This document shows positions 33,530 to 43,773 of a stretch of DNA of 64,000 nucleotides, one piece after another. The stretch is from Nitrospinaceae bacterium (GTDB lineage Bacteria > Nitrospinota > Nitrospinia > Nitrospinales > Nitrospinaceae), in the NCBI GenBank assembly GCA_965223665.1, contig OZ245011.1:960001-1024000 (forward strand), read 5' to 3'. How positions within the stretch are numbered: the stretch's first letter is position 1; each line of letters begins with the position of its first letter. The position numbers were made by a program, and so were the translations under genes. Below the pieces are notes generated by a model. The model saw only the letters and a program-made list of their open reading frames with translations. It was not told where the DNA came from and searched no databases.

Positions 33530-36097
33530 TTACTTCCCATGACATTTTTTAAACTTTTTTCCACTTCCACAAGGACAAGGATCGTTCCGACCTACTTTTT
33601 TCTCTTCTCTTTTCACAGGAGTTGTTTTTTGTTCTTCATCTCCGCTCCCACGATGCTCCATGACTTGCTGTTTTTCTCGAGCCATAATAGTTTCAATCGC
33701 ACTGATCGCTTCCGGATTGACTTGCATTTTATACATGAACGCGCAGATATCCTCTTTCATCTGAAAATTCATGTTTCTAAATAGATCAAATCCTTCTTTC
33801 TTATATTCAGTCAAAGGGTTCTTTTGCGCATAACCTCTTAAACCTATGCCTTCTTTAAGGTGATCCATTGCCAAAAGATGTTCTCTCCACAAATTATCCA
33901 AAATTCGGAGCATCCACATCTTTTCTAGTGGTCTAAGAATTTCAGTTCCTAATTCCTTTTCCTTTTGGTCATATTTTTCTACAGTTGCATCGATTAAAAT
34001 ATCTAAAAGCTTTTGCCCATTGGTATTTTCTAAAGGAAGTGTAAGGTTATCTCCAATTTTTAGTTCCTTATCTTCATTTTTTTGGACAGCAATATCAAAT
34101 ATTCTATCCATATATTCGTGAAGCAAATCAATATCCCATTCCTCTGGGTATATTTCTTCGTGGGCAAGCTCATTTACCTTTTCTTCTAAAACCTCATCCA
34201 CCATTTCGTAAAGGATTTCTTTTTGATTTTCTCCCGTCAAAATATTCCGACGTAAAGCATAAATCACTTCACGCTGCTTATTCATTACATCATCATATTC
34301 AAGTAAATGTTTTCGAATATCGAAATTATGCGCTTCTACTTTTCTTTGAGCATTTTCAACAGCTTTCGAAACCATCGTATGCTCTATCGGCTGCCCATTT
34401 TCCATTCCCATTTTTGCCATTAAACCGGAAATTTTATCTGAGCCAAAAATTCTTAATAGATCATCCTCTAGAGAAAGATAAAACCGGGATGACCCAGTGT
34501 CCCCTTGCCTTCCGGATCGTCCTCTTAGCTGATTATCAATACGTCGGCTTTCATGACGTTCCGTACCTAAAATATGAAGACCACCCAATTCCGGGACGCC
34601 ATCTCCGAGCACAATATCGGTTCCCCTTCCGGCCATATTGGTAGCAATGGTAACGGCCTTTTGTTGACCTGCCTCAGCAATAATTTCTGCTTCTTTTTCA
34701 TGGTGCTTAGCATTCAAAACATTATGTTTAACCCCAAATTTCTTAAGATGGCGACTCAGTTTTTCAGATTTTTCAATGGAAATTGTTCCCACCAATACCG
34801 GCCTTCCAGATTGATAGCACTCCCTGATTTCCTCAAGGATTGCATCAAATTTTTCCAATTCAGTTCGGTAAATAAAATCCGGCCTATCATCTCGGATCAT
34901 TGGCTTATTAGTTGGTATTACCAAAACTTCTAATCCATAAGTGGATTGAAATTCCTCGGCTTCGGTATCGGCGGTACCAGTCATACCGGCTAGCTTGTTA
35001 TACATTCGGAAATAATTCTGGAAGGTAATACTTGCTAAAGTTTGATTTTCATTTTCTATATCCACTCCCTCTTTGGCTTCTAATGCTTGATGCAAACCAT
35101 CACTGTATCGACGGCCAGCCATCATACGACCCGTAAACTCATCAATGATTACCACCTTGCCCTCTTTAACTACATAATCGACCTCATTTTTAAACAGAGC
35201 ATGCGCTTTTAATGATTGATTTACATGATGCAGGGTTTCGATTTGGGTAGGATCATAGAGGTTTTCGACATTTAAAAGTTTTTCTACTGCTGATATTCCT
35301 TCTTCATTCAGGGAAACGGACCGCGCTTTTTCATCAACAGTAAAGTGTTGCTCTTTTTTTAATTTCGGGATAATACTATTTACAGAATAATATTTATCAG
35401 TAGATTCTTCGGCTGGCCCTGAAATTATAAGCGGAGTTCGGGCTTCATCAATTAAAATACTATCCACTTCATCCACGATCGCAAAGTTTAATTCACGTTG
35501 CACATAATCTTCAGCTGCAAATTTCATATTATCGCGCAAATAGTCAAAACCAAACTCATTATTAGTTCCATAAGTCACATCACTATCATATGCTTCTTTG
35601 CGCTCTTCCTCAGACATATCATGGTAAATATTCCCTACTGTAAGACCTAGAAACTTATAAATTTTTCCCATCCACTCACTATCCCGTCTTGCCAGATACT
35701 CATTCACCGTAACTACATGAACGCCTTTTCCTGTTAAGGCATTGAGGTAAACCGGCAGGGTTGCAACCAATGTTTTTCCTTCACCGGTTTTCATTTCTGA
35801 AATTTTTCCTTCGTGAAGAGTCACTCCTCCTAAAATTTGAACATCAAAATGGCGCATTTCCAGGGTCCTGATACTTGCTTCACGAACCACGGCAAAAGCT
35901 TCAGGGAGTAAATCCTCCAATGATTCTCCCCCTTTTAATCTTTCCTTAAACTCAGTGGTTTTTGAGCGAAGTTCCTCATCCGATAATTTTTGAATGCTGC
36001 TTTCAAAATCATTAACCCGGTCTACATAATTCTGTATCCGTTTCAGTTCCCTATCATTTTGGGTACCAATTATCTTTTTTATTAAACCAAATACCAT
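33530..36097 (-). CDS. secA: Preprotein translocase ATPase SecA
   Basis: [43 protein letters not shown] '[18 protein letters not shown]'. Confidence 0.98.
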   Translation of the reverse strand: MVFGLIKKIIGTQNDRELKRIQNYVDRVNDFESSIQKLSDEELRSKTTEFKERLKGGESLEDLLPEAFAVVREASIRTLEMRHFDVQILGGVTLHEGKISEMKTGEGKTLVATLPVYLNALTGKGVHVVTVNEYLARRDSEWMGKIYKFLGLTVGNIYHDMSEEERKEAYDSDVTYGTNNEFGFDYLRDNMKFAAEDYVQRELNFAIVDEVDSILIDEARTPLIISGPAEESTDKYYSVNSIIPKLKKEQHFTVDEKARSVSLNEEGISAVEKLLNVENLYDPTQIETLHHVNQSLKAHALFKNEVDYVVKEGKVVIIDEFTGRMMAGRRYSDGLHQALEAKEGVDIENENQTLASITFQNYFRMYNKLAGMTGTADTEAEEFQSTYGLEVLVIPTNKPMIRDDRPDFIYRTELEKFDAILEEIRECYQSGRPVLVGTISIEKSEKLSRHLKKFGVKHNVLNAKHHEKEAEIIAEAGQQKAVTIATNMAGRGTDIVLGDGVPELGGLHILGTERHESRRIDNQLRGRSGRQGDTGSSRFYLSLEDDLLRIFGSDKISGLMAKMGMENGQPIEHTMVSKAVENAQRKVEAHNFDIRKHLLEYDDVMNKQREVIYALRRNILTGENQKEILYEMVDEVLEEKVNELAHEEIYPEEWDIDLLHEYMDRIFDIAVQKNEDKELKIGDNLTLPLENTNGQKLLDILIDATVEKYDQKEKELGTEILRPLEKMWMLRILDNLWREHLLAMDHLKEGIGLRGYAQKNPLTEYKKEGFDLFRNMNFQMKEDICAFMYKMQVNPEAISAIETIMAREKQQVMEHRGSGDEEQKTTPVKREEKKVGRNDPCPCGSGKKFKKCHGK

Positions 36098-36328
36098 GTG
36101 TTCAGCCTCAATTTCCTAATGAGCTTAAAATTTATTGAAAGAATTAAAACTTAGACATTCAGTGATTTATTTGGCGTGTGATTGAGGAAATGAATACCTA
36201 ACAAACAATCTTAGAGAAGTATATCAAAATTTTGTATTCCAGTAACCAATGAATCGGAATATTATTTTTTTTAATTTGCAGACGAGAAATAGATTAACTT
36301 GGGAATTACGTTTTCGAAGGATTTGTAC

Positions 36329-37258
36329 TTATTCTTCCAAAATATAATTTTTAGGGTTTACGGGAATGCCATTCACAATAACTTCATAATGAACATGAGG
36401 GCCAGTACTACGGCCAGTATTCCCAACCAGAGCAATGGTTTGACCACGCTTAACACTGTCACCTACATTGACTAAATTCTTGGAGTTATGACCATACCGA
36501 GTAATTACTCCATAGCCATGATCTATTTCAATCATGTTGCCATATCCATGCTCTCTTCCAGAGACTATAACTTTCCCATCAGCGGTAGAATGAATTTCTG
36601 AACCCATACGGGCAGCAATGTCTAATCCTTCATGCTTTTCAGGTAAACCTGTGAATGGTGACTTTCGGAAACCAAAATTCGAAGTTACCCAGCCTCGGGT
36701 TGGCCAAATGGCAGGTGTGGAAATAAGAAGAGATTGTTGATTCTTTAAAAATTCATCCAATTCTTGAAAACTGATTTGGCGCATTTTTACTTGGTTGGTC
36801 AGAACATTCAGATCGCCGGACAACCGATCAACCATAGACTGAGATTCTTTCTCTAGGGAGGTTGTAAAGCTCTGTGAGGATAAACCATAGGGTCCTCCGA
36901 CACCCCAGTTGCCTTCATCAGCATTGGACGATTTTTCCAGTGCCGTTATAACTCTTAATTTTTTCTCGAACCGCTCCAGGCGAGACATCTCAGTTTCAAA
37001 ATTTCGTACCTGCTGACGAAATCTTTCAATCTGTACTTTTTGAATTTTCCCCTCTCGGCGCAATTCAGCAACTTCAACCTGGTCATCACGAAACTGGAGA
37101 TATTCTTTGGTAAAATATACAGAAGAACTGACAAAGGTAATAAATAGAACAAGGAAAGAAATTAAACCTACTTTTACCGCTTTTTTTGAAAGTTGGATCC
37201 TTTTTGGCGTACCGGTGGAACCCGGAAACAGGACAAACGTATAGACTTCCTTTTTCAC
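36329..37258 (-). CDS. M23-family peptidoglycan endopeptidase with N-terminal anchor and coiled coil
   Basis: HEGLD, YGH, STGPHVHYEV. Confidence 0.9.
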   Translation of the reverse strand: MKKEVYTFVLFPGSTGTPKRIQLSKKAVKVGLISFLVLFITFVSSSVYFTKEYLQFRDDQVEVAELRREGKIQKVQIERFRQQVRNFETEMSRLERFEKKLRVITALEKSSNADEGNWGVGGPYGLSSQSFTTSLEKESQSMVDRLSGDLNVLTNQVKMRQISFQELDEFLKNQQSLLISTPAIWPTRGWVTSNFGFRKSPFTGLPEKHEGLDIAARMGSEIHSTADGKVIVSGREHGYGNMIEIDHGYGVITRYGHNSKNLVNVGDSVKRGQTIALVGNTGRSTGPHVHYEVIVNGIPVNPKNYILEE

Positions 37259-37329
37259 CTCTCCTCCTTCTTGAGAACTAGATGCAAAAACCCTTGTTCA
37301 GTATCCCCCCTGATCTTAGGTTTAAAATC

Positions 37330-37358
37330 AGATTACTTATAACTTACTATATTGTCAA
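37330..37358 (-). promoter_or_regulatory. Sigma70 promoter for the M23 peptidase gene
   Basis: Minus strand TTGACA-N17-TAATCT. Confidence 0.55.
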
Positions 37359-37434
37359 GGTTTATTTGATTTTCGGATATTCCGATAAACGTATTTTGGA
37401 CTTCTGAATTTCTTGTAAATCCAATTGGTTTTTC

Positions 37435-38343
37435 TTATTTTAGAATGGATTTTTCCTGTAATTTTTGGAGTTTTTCCCTCGCTTGGATATGTTGAGGACT
37501 CAGTTTCAAAACTTTCTGATAGTATTCTTCGGCTTTAAGAAATTCTTCCTTTTCCTCATACAAAACTCCAAGGCTAAATAATCCAGACACTTCTCCAGGT
37601 AAATGATGGATTTCCTTGTAAACTTTAATCATATCAATATTTTTATCAATAGTCCCTTCGATATCTCCTTTTACATACAATTGGAAACTTTCCTGTCTTA
37701 ATTTTTCTGCATAAATTTTCCCATAACCCCTTGCTAAAGTTTTGTTTCCCAATCTTAAATGTTCTTGAAGTTCTTCTACAAATCGATCAGGTTTTCCTAT
37801 TTGGGCATAAATATGATTCAAATTTCTAATAAAAATCAATTCAGAAGGATTAATTTGTATGGCATGTTGTACTTGTTCTACGGCTTTCTCAACCTCCTTC
37901 AATCTTATGAAAACCGCACCTAAAGTATTCCTGGCCAAACCATTGGCAGAGTCTAATTCTATCGATTGAATTAAATAGTTTTTAGCCTGAATATTATTAT
38001 CGCTTAGGTAGGCGGTAAACCCTAATCCGTATAATGCAGGAGAAGACTTAGGATACTTAACTAATAATTCCTTAAAAAACTTATTAGCCTCACCCAACTT
38101 TTCCATGGCCTTATAGGATCGGACAATCCCTCGAGCCGCGTAACTATTCCTTGGTTGCTCGTTCAATAGCTGATTAAAAAGTTTGAGAGCTTTATCTGGT
38201 TGTTTTCGAAATAGAAAAAAATTTGCCTTTTCTTCAATGGAAATATTCTGAGGATTTATATGGACAGTCGGAGAATCTTGCCCCCAAACTGGAATTGACC
38301 CAAATAACATACAAATTATTAATACCAAGGCTCTAACAAACAA
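37435..38343 (-). CDS. Secreted tetratricopeptide-repeat protein
   Basis: Signal peptide; repeated TPR patterns (ALYGLG, ARNTLG, LFSLG...A..YY). Confidence 0.82.
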   Translation of the reverse strand: MFVRALVLIICMLFGSIPVWGQDSPTVHINPQNISIEEKANFFLFRKQPDKALKLFNQLLNEQPRNSYAARGIVRSYKAMEKLGEANKFFKELLVKYPKSSPALYGLGFTAYLSDNNIQAKNYLIQSIELDSANGLARNTLGAVFIRLKEVEKAVEQVQHAIQINPSELIFIRNLNHIYAQIGKPDRFVEELQEHLRLGNKTLARGYGKIYAEKLRQESFQLYVKGDIEGTIDKNIDMIKVYKEIHHLPGEVSGLFSLGVLYEEKEEFLKAEEYYQKVLKLSPQHIQAREKLQKLQEKSILK

Positions 38344-38377
38344 TTTTTATCCGAATAAAAATTTTTAATTATAGCAA

Positions 38378-39769
38378 TTAAATGACTATATCTTCCGGTG
38401 GAGGAGGTTCTTCATGTTGAGCAAGATTTTCAAACCGAGTGTACTCTTTTAAAAAAGCTAACTTTATATCTCCTATTGGGCCATTTCTTTGTTTACGGAT
38501 TAATATTTCGGCTTTACCGGCATCAGGCGTGTCTTGATTGTATACTTCATCACGATAAATAAAAGCAACCACATCGGCGTCCTGCTCAATAGAACCCGAT
38601 TCCCGAAGATCCGATAGCATGGGCCGCTTATCTGTTCGGCTTTCAACTGCCCTGCTTAATTGTGAAAGCGCAATGACCGGAACATTGAGTTCTTTAGCAA
38701 GACCTTTCAGTCCTCTGGATATTTCTGATATTTCCAATTGTCGACTTTCTATACTCTTTCCTCCATGCATTAGTTGAAGATAATCAATAACAATTAATCC
38801 AACCGAGTGTTCCGCTTTTAAACGTCGAGAGCGTGCGCGAACATCCAAAGTACCCAATTGTGGACTGTCATCGATATAAATCGGTGCTTCAGATATTTTT
38901 CCGGCTGCTGCCGTCAAACTTGGCCAATCCGTGCTGGAAAGATACCCTGTCCGTAATTTAACCGAGCTTACCCTCGCTTCAGAACAAAGCATTCTAATAC
39001 CTAACTGTTCTTTGGACATTTCCAAACTAAATATTGCGGTAGGAATATTTCGACGGCTGGCCGCAAATCGAGCAATATCCAGCGCAAAACTTGTCTTACC
39101 CATACTAGGACGTCCCGCAATTATTATTAAATCCGAGGGCTGAAGACCTGAAGTGATTTGATCTAGTTCTGCAAACCCAGTTTCAACTCCCGTTACCAGA
39201 CCAGGTTTTTCGAATAGTTTTTCAATAGAATCAAAACTACTTTTGACAATCTCATTGATACTATAAAATGTTCTTTTGGTTCTCTTCTCAGAGATATCAA
39301 AAATCGCTCTTTCTGCCTTATCCAATATGATATCTGCATCTTCATTATCTTCATAACCGCTTGTTACAATCTCCGTTGCGGTTTGGATAAGGTCTCTTAA
39401 AATTTTCTTTTCACGTATTATCTTTGCATGGTAAGTAATAGCTGCAGATGTGGGAACCAAACTAACCAAATCATCTAAGTAATTTAAACCTCCCACATCA
39501 TCCAACTCATTTTCTTTTTGAAGTTTGTCCGCAACCGTTAAGGGATCGATGGCCTCATCTAATTCAAAAAGCCTTTGCATGGCAAGATAAATTTTCCGAT
39601 TGGCTGTCTTATAAAAATCATCCACTTGGATGATTTCCAAAGAACGAGCGAAGGCCTCATTAGAACCTAAACATGATCCAATGACATACTGTTCGGCTTC
39701 CTCGCTGTAAGGAGGGAGTTTTCTTAATGATATTTCTGAAACACTTGGCATGGCGAGAACCCCTATCAA
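38378..39769 (-). CDS. dnaB: Replicative DNA helicase
   Basis: AGRPSMGKT, IDYLQLM, LSQLSR, DLRESGSIEQDAD, KQRNGP; likely start ATG 39751. Confidence 0.97.
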   Translation of the reverse strand: MIGVLAMPSVSEISLRKLPPYSEEAEQYVIGSCLGSNEAFARSLEIIQVDDFYKTANRKIYLAMQRLFELDEAIDPLTVADKLQKENELDDVGGLNYLDDLVSLVPTSAAITYHAKIIREKKILRDLIQTATEIVTSGYEDNEDADIILDKAERAIFDISEKRTKRTFYSINEIVKSSFDSIEKLFEKPGLVTGVETGFAELDQITSGLQPSDLIIIAGRPSMGKTSFALDIARFAASRRNIPTAIFSLEMSKEQLGIRMLCSEARVSSVKLRTGYLSSTDWPSLTAAAGKISEAPIYIDDSPQLGTLDVRARSRRLKAEHSVGLIVIDYLQLMHGGKSIESRQLEISEISRGLKGLAKELNVPVIALSQLSRAVESRTDKRPMLSDLRESGSIEQDADVVAFIYRDEVYNQDTPDAGKAEILIRKQRNGPIGDIKLAFLKEYTRFENLAQHEEPPPPEDIVI

Positions 39770-39802
39770 CCCCTGAAAGGGGGAACACCTTAATAGAATG
39801 TT

Positions 39803-40339
39803 TTATTCTGATTTAGATTCGTTTGTTTCGGTTTTTTCTTTCGCTTCTTCACCTTCCGCTTTTTCAGCATCCGAAGCTTCAACAACTGGTTCTGGGTTTT
39901 CCGCAGCTACAGTCAAATTAATTTCGGCAATTACTTCAGGATGCAGTTTAACTGGAACTTTGAAATCACCCAATGCTTTTATGGGTTCAGCCAATTGAAT
40001 TTTTCTTCGGTCAATTTCAATCCCTTTATCCTTTAATAAGTCTCCAATTTCCTGTGAGGTAACAGATCCAAAAAGTTTTCCCTGGTCTCCAACCTTCTTT
40101 TTCACAGAAAGAGAAACTGAGGCAATTTGATCTGCTATGGTTTGCGCATCTCCCTGAAGTTTTTTTAATTTCCTCTGGACAATACTTTTCTGATGGTTGA
40201 ATTGCTTTAAGTTCTTTGGGGTTGCTAATATAGCTTTTCCTTGAGGAATCAAATAGTTCCTTCCATAACCATCTTTAACAGTCACTTCGTCTCCAACTGT
40301 TCCCAATTTTTCTATATCTTCCGTTAATAAAATCCTCAT
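39803..40339 (-). CDS. rplI: 50S ribosomal protein L9 with acidic C-terminal tail
   Basis: GYGRNYLIP, GKLFGSVT. Confidence 0.96.
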   Translation of the reverse strand: MRILLTEDIEKLGTVGDEVTVKDGYGRNYLIPQGKAILATPKNLKQFNHQKSIVQRKLKKLQGDAQTIADQIASVSLSVKKKVGDQGKLFGSVTSQEIGDLLKDKGIEIDRRKIQLAEPIKALGDFKVPVKLHPEVIAEINLTVAAENPEPVVEASDAEKAEGEEAKEKTETNESKSE

Positions 40340-40372
40340 GAAACTATTAGCTCCTTAAATAAAATTCTTTAT

Positions 40373-41326
40373 CTATTCTGGTACATTTGGAATTGAAGGG
40401 CGGACTTTTCGAAAATCTCCCCAAATATCAAATAATCCCAAACCAATTATCATTATTATGAATAAAGGCTGCGTCAAAACTATAATAAAAAACAAAACCC
40501 ATAAAGCCTTATGGATACCCTTACTCCTTAAAAAGGATATACTGACTGAAACTCCCTGAATAAAATAAAATGCTGAAAAGATAATTAGAAAATTTAGCGC
40601 AACCGTCTCAATTGCTGGCACACCTATAAAAAATGACCCTGCTGCTAAAATAAAAACCCATACCCAAGAATCCGGGATGTTCCATTGAGTTAAATTTACT
40701 GAATTAACATCATCACTTGAGTAAAAACGTGACCAAATTCCTTTAAACAATAAATAATTCATTAAAGCAACTAAGAGCGACCCTACTGCAATTAATCCCG
40801 GGAGGGCTTTTGCCAAAACTTGAGAAACTTTATCTCTGTAATCACGAAGTTCATCGATTACATTTGGCGACTCATTTGCTTTTTCTAATTTTTCTATATA
40901 CTTCTCAATTTCGTCATGAAATTGTTTTTCTAAAAACTTACCAGGAGTACCCTCGTTACCGGTAATCATGATAAACATAAAAGCTATTGATAAAACTGAA
41001 GAAGCTAAAGCCCCATAAAAAACGGTTTTCTCAAATTCAAACCTTAGTCGAATGGTTTCCGCCATTACTATAGCCATCACTGCATATTCAATAAAAAATA
41101 TGATGGCCTCGGGTGCTCCAACTAATCCCAAAAGCATAAAAAAAACTACCAATACTGACAATAACCCCATTACTTTTCCCCTTTGCAAATAAATAAGAAT
41201 TAAAGGCAAAGGGGTTAGCATTTCTGCTAATACTCCCAATTGGGGAATAACTAACGCTAAGAAAAAAATCCCAAGAAGAATTCCATAGGGAATTAAAACA
41301 TTCTTAACAGGATTTGGCTCGGGCAA
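40373..41326 (-). CDS. YybS/DUF2232 membrane protein
   Basis: Multi-TM, 'QG' and 'GLFDIWGDFR' motifs; conserved position between rpsR and rplI. Confidence 0.82.
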   Translation of the reverse strand: MPEPNPVKNVLIPYGILLGIFFLALVIPQLGVLAEMLTPLPLILIYLQRGKVMGLLSVLVVFFMLLGLVGAPEAIIFFIEYAVMAIVMAETIRLRFEFEKTVFYGALASSVLSIAFMFIMITGNEGTPGKFLEKQFHDEIEKYIEKLEKANESPNVIDELRDYRDKVSQVLAKALPGLIAVGSLLVALMNYLLFKGIWSRFYSSDDVNSVNLTQWNIPDSWVWVFILAAGSFFIGVPAIETVALNFLIIFSAFYFIQGVSVSISFLRSKGIHKALWVLFFIIVLTQPLFIIMIIGLGLFDIWGDFRKVRPSIPNVPE

Positions 41327-41328
41327 AA

Positions 41329-41562
41329 TCAGTGCTCAACAGTAAAAGGCAATAATGCAATATTCCGTGCTCTTTTGATAGCTTCTGTTAATTGTCGTTG
41401 ATGTCGGGCGCAATTCCCTGAAATACGAGAAGGTACAATTTTTCCCCGTTCTGAAATCAACGGTTTCAATAGTTTTACATCATAAAAATCGATATGGTCA
41501 ATTTTTTCTACACAAAAACGGCAAATTTTATGAGAGAAAAAACTTCTTTTTTTCTGTGTCAT
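41329..41562 (-). CDS. rpsR: 30S ribosomal protein S18 (Zn-binding type)
   Basis: CRFC ... SERGKI ... CARHQR ... ARNIALLPF. Confidence 0.96.
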   Translation of the reverse strand: MTQKKRSFFSHKICRFCVEKIDHIDFYDVKLLKPLISERGKIVPSRISGNCARHQRQLTEAIKRARNIALLPFTVEH

Positions 41563-41588
41563 AGATCCTCAATATAATTTTCTTTAAA

Positions 41589-41999
41589 TTAAAACGGTAG
41601 ATCATCTTTGGGAGGCATATCTCCCATGGCCTGGGAACCGCTAGATTCATCCATTGAACCTTTCCCTCCCCCCGGTTTACCTAAAAATTGAACAGTATTC
41701 GCTACCACGTCAAGTTTATTTCTTCTTTGGCCATCATCAGTTTCCCATGAGCGAAACTGAAGTCGACCTTCAATAAAAACAGGGCTTCCCTTATGCAAAT
41801 ATTCAGCACAGTTTTCCCCCTGTTTACCCCATGCTGAAATATCCACATAACATACTTCATCTTTCCAATCATCACCCTGTTTAAACTTACGATTCACTGC
41901 CAATCCAAAACTGGCAACTGCAGCGCCACTTGGGGTAAAACGCAATTCCGGATCTCGAGTTAAATTTCCCATAAGTAAGACTTTATTGAAGCTGGCCAT
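41589..41999 (-). CDS. ssb: Single-stranded DNA-binding protein
   Basis: NKVLLMGNLTRDPELR, EGRL, C-terminal DDLPF. Confidence 0.96.
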   Translation of the reverse strand: MASFNKVLLMGNLTRDPELRFTPSGAAVASFGLAVNRKFKQGDDWKDEVCYVDISAWGKQGENCAEYLHKGSPVFIEGRLQFRSWETDDGQRRNKLDVVANTVQFLGKPGGGKGSMDESSGSQAMGDMPPKDDLPF

Positions 42000-42030
42000 A
42001 TTAATTATTCCTACAAGAGACTTTTATAAA

Positions 42031-42471
42031 CTAATCTTCTGTTGCTACAGAAGATTTATCATCCTCATTAGATGGGGAACTCTTTTCCGATGCATTTGAT
42101 TCTTCATTTGAAGAAGCTGATGAATTATCTGTTTCTTCTGCTTTTTCCTCGGCTTCTCCTTTTTCCATCTCACGCGCCCATGCTTTTCCATCTAACCGAA
42201 TCACTAAATATTTGATTATAAGGTCAAAGAGTTGATAGTCTTTTTCCAAGGACGCAATATTTGCAGGATTACATGTGTGATAGATATTTAAATAATATCC
42301 AAATTTATTTTTCTTAACTCTATAGGCAAGACGTTTTTTGCCCCATTTATCAACTCGATGAGATTCTCCTTCATATTTTTTAAAAAAGGAATTTATCTTT
42401 TCTTGAGCCTGGTCAACTTGGCTTTCATCGAGGTCGGGTTTAAGAATAATTACAGATTGGTAATTACGCAA
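42031..42471 (-). CDS. rpsF: 30S ribosomal protein S6
   Basis: WGKKRLAY, GYY; TTG start; first gene of rpsF-ssb-rpsR. Confidence 0.94.
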   Translation of the reverse strand: MRNYQSVIILKPDLDESQVDQAQEKINSFFKKYEGESHRVDKWGKKRLAYRVKKNKFGYYLNIYHTCNPANIASLEKDYQLFDLIIKYLVIRLDGKAWAREMEKGEAEEKAEETDNSSASSNEESNASEKSSPSNEDDKSSVATED

Positions 42472-42476
42472 TAGAT

Positions 42477-42522
42477 CCTCCTCTTGGGTTAAATAGCCCT
42501 AATGAATCATTAGAGCGAGGGG
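42477..42522 (-). ncRNA. S6:S18-type ribosomal protein leader (cis-regulatory RNA)
   Basis: Minus strand CCCCTC-GCTCTAATG-ATT-CATTAGGGC-TATTTAA-CCCA-AGAGGAGG: anti-SD arm, inner hairpin, unpaired CCC, SD. Confidence 0.7.
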
Positions 42523-42540
42523 TGAAAAAATATATTAAAA

Positions 42541-43773
42541 GTGAGAATGATTGCATATATGATATTTAAAATCAAGGAAAAATGGGATGCATCATTTACC
42601 GGGAATCAACCTGTGCAAAAAACTTTCCTAACAAAATTATTTGTCCTAACGGGGTTTATATTTATTTTTAGCTCCTGCGACTTTAAAATTCCTCCCAAAC
42701 CTCCTGATGCCTTTTATAGATTCAATAAATTAAAAGTGGGTTTAGGCCCGATGTATGTGATTTCTGAAAAATTGAATTCGGATGATTTTTTGGATTTAAT
42801 TGTTGCAAACTCTAAAGACCATTCGATTTCTATTTTCTTTGGAAAAGGGGATGGTACATTTGTTTCAAAACCCAAAATAAAAGTTCCTCTTGAACCTACA
42901 GCCATCGCCACTGGAGATTTAAATAAAGATGGCCTCAATGATATTGTTATAAATTCTCGAGGAACCAATTCTTATGTGGCTTTAATGGGAAAAGGAGAGA
43001 ATAGTTTTTTTCCACCAAAGTCCTTTCCAACGGGCCAAGTTCCCTTGTTTATAATTTTGAATGATTTTAATAAAGACAACAATCTTGACATAGCAGTTAC
43101 ACTTACCTTTGATAAAATGGAAATCCATTTAGGGAAAGGAGATGGAACGTTTAAAAAAGGAGAAACTTATAGAACCGGATCAAGAAGTTTTTCGGGAGTA
43201 TCAGGTGACTATAATCAAGATGGAAATCAAGATATTGCCTTAGCTTGTAGCAGCAGCAACGCGAGCTCAATTCGAATTTATTTGGGACGGGGAGACGGAA
43301 CCTTTAAATCCCCTCAAAGGGTAGCAGTTAATTTACGTCCCATGACTTTAATCCAGAAGGATATGAATTCAGACGGAATGTTAGATTTATTAACTGCGAC
43401 TAACAAAGGGGATAACCTTTTTTTACTTATCTCAAAGGGAGACGGAACCTTTAAAAATGAAATCCCTTTTTCGGGTGGGGGCGGACCCATGGCTTTAGCC
43501 GCCGAAGACTTTGATGATGATGGCCTTGTAGATGTAGTCGTTTCGAATTCCCGAAGTAGCTCTTTTTCGTTTATCGCAAGAAATCCCAATGGCAGTTTTA
43601 GGTTTCCAGTGAGAGACTACGTCACCGGGGGAACGCCATTAAGTTTGTCCAGCGGAGATTTTAACAATGACGGAATGAAGGATCTGGCAGTTTCAAGCAA
43701 TACGGACGGAACGGTAGAAATATTTATGAGAAGAAGAGTTTTTAAGAAAAACAACGCGTCCTTAGTTAGGTGA
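42541..43773 (+). CDS. FG-GAP/VCBS-repeat beta-propeller lipoprotein
   Basis: About seven 'D(F/L)NxDGxxD(L/I)...GxGDGTF' repeats; lipobox-like FSSC; true start probably downstream (GTG ~42613). Confidence 0.82.
   Translation: MRMIAYMIFKIKEKWDASFTGNQPVQKTFLTKLFVLTGFIFIFSSCDFKIPPKPPDAFYRFNKLKVGLGPMYVISEKLNSDDFLDLIVANSKDHSISIFFGKGDGTFVSKPKIKVPLEPTAIATGDLNKDGLNDIVINSRGTNSYVALMGKGENSFFPPKSFPTGQVPLFIILNDFNKDNNLDIAVTLTFDKMEIHLGKGDGTFKKGETYRTGSRSFSGVSGDYNQDGNQDIALACSSSNASSIRIYLGRGDGTFKSPQRVAVNLRPMTLIQKDMNSDGMLDLLTATNKGDNLFLLISKGDGTFKNEIPFSGGGGPMALAAEDFDDDGLVDVVVSNSRSSSFSFIARNPNGSFRFPVRDYVTGGTPLSLSSGDFNNDGMKDLAVSSNTDGTVEIFMRRRVFKKNNASLVR

Noticed and set aside
42541-43773. Recurring GGAGACGGAACCTTTAAA-like DNA motifs suggesting a repeat array
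   Set aside because: They encode the GDGTF motif of FG-GAP protein repeats; irregular spacing, not CRISPR.
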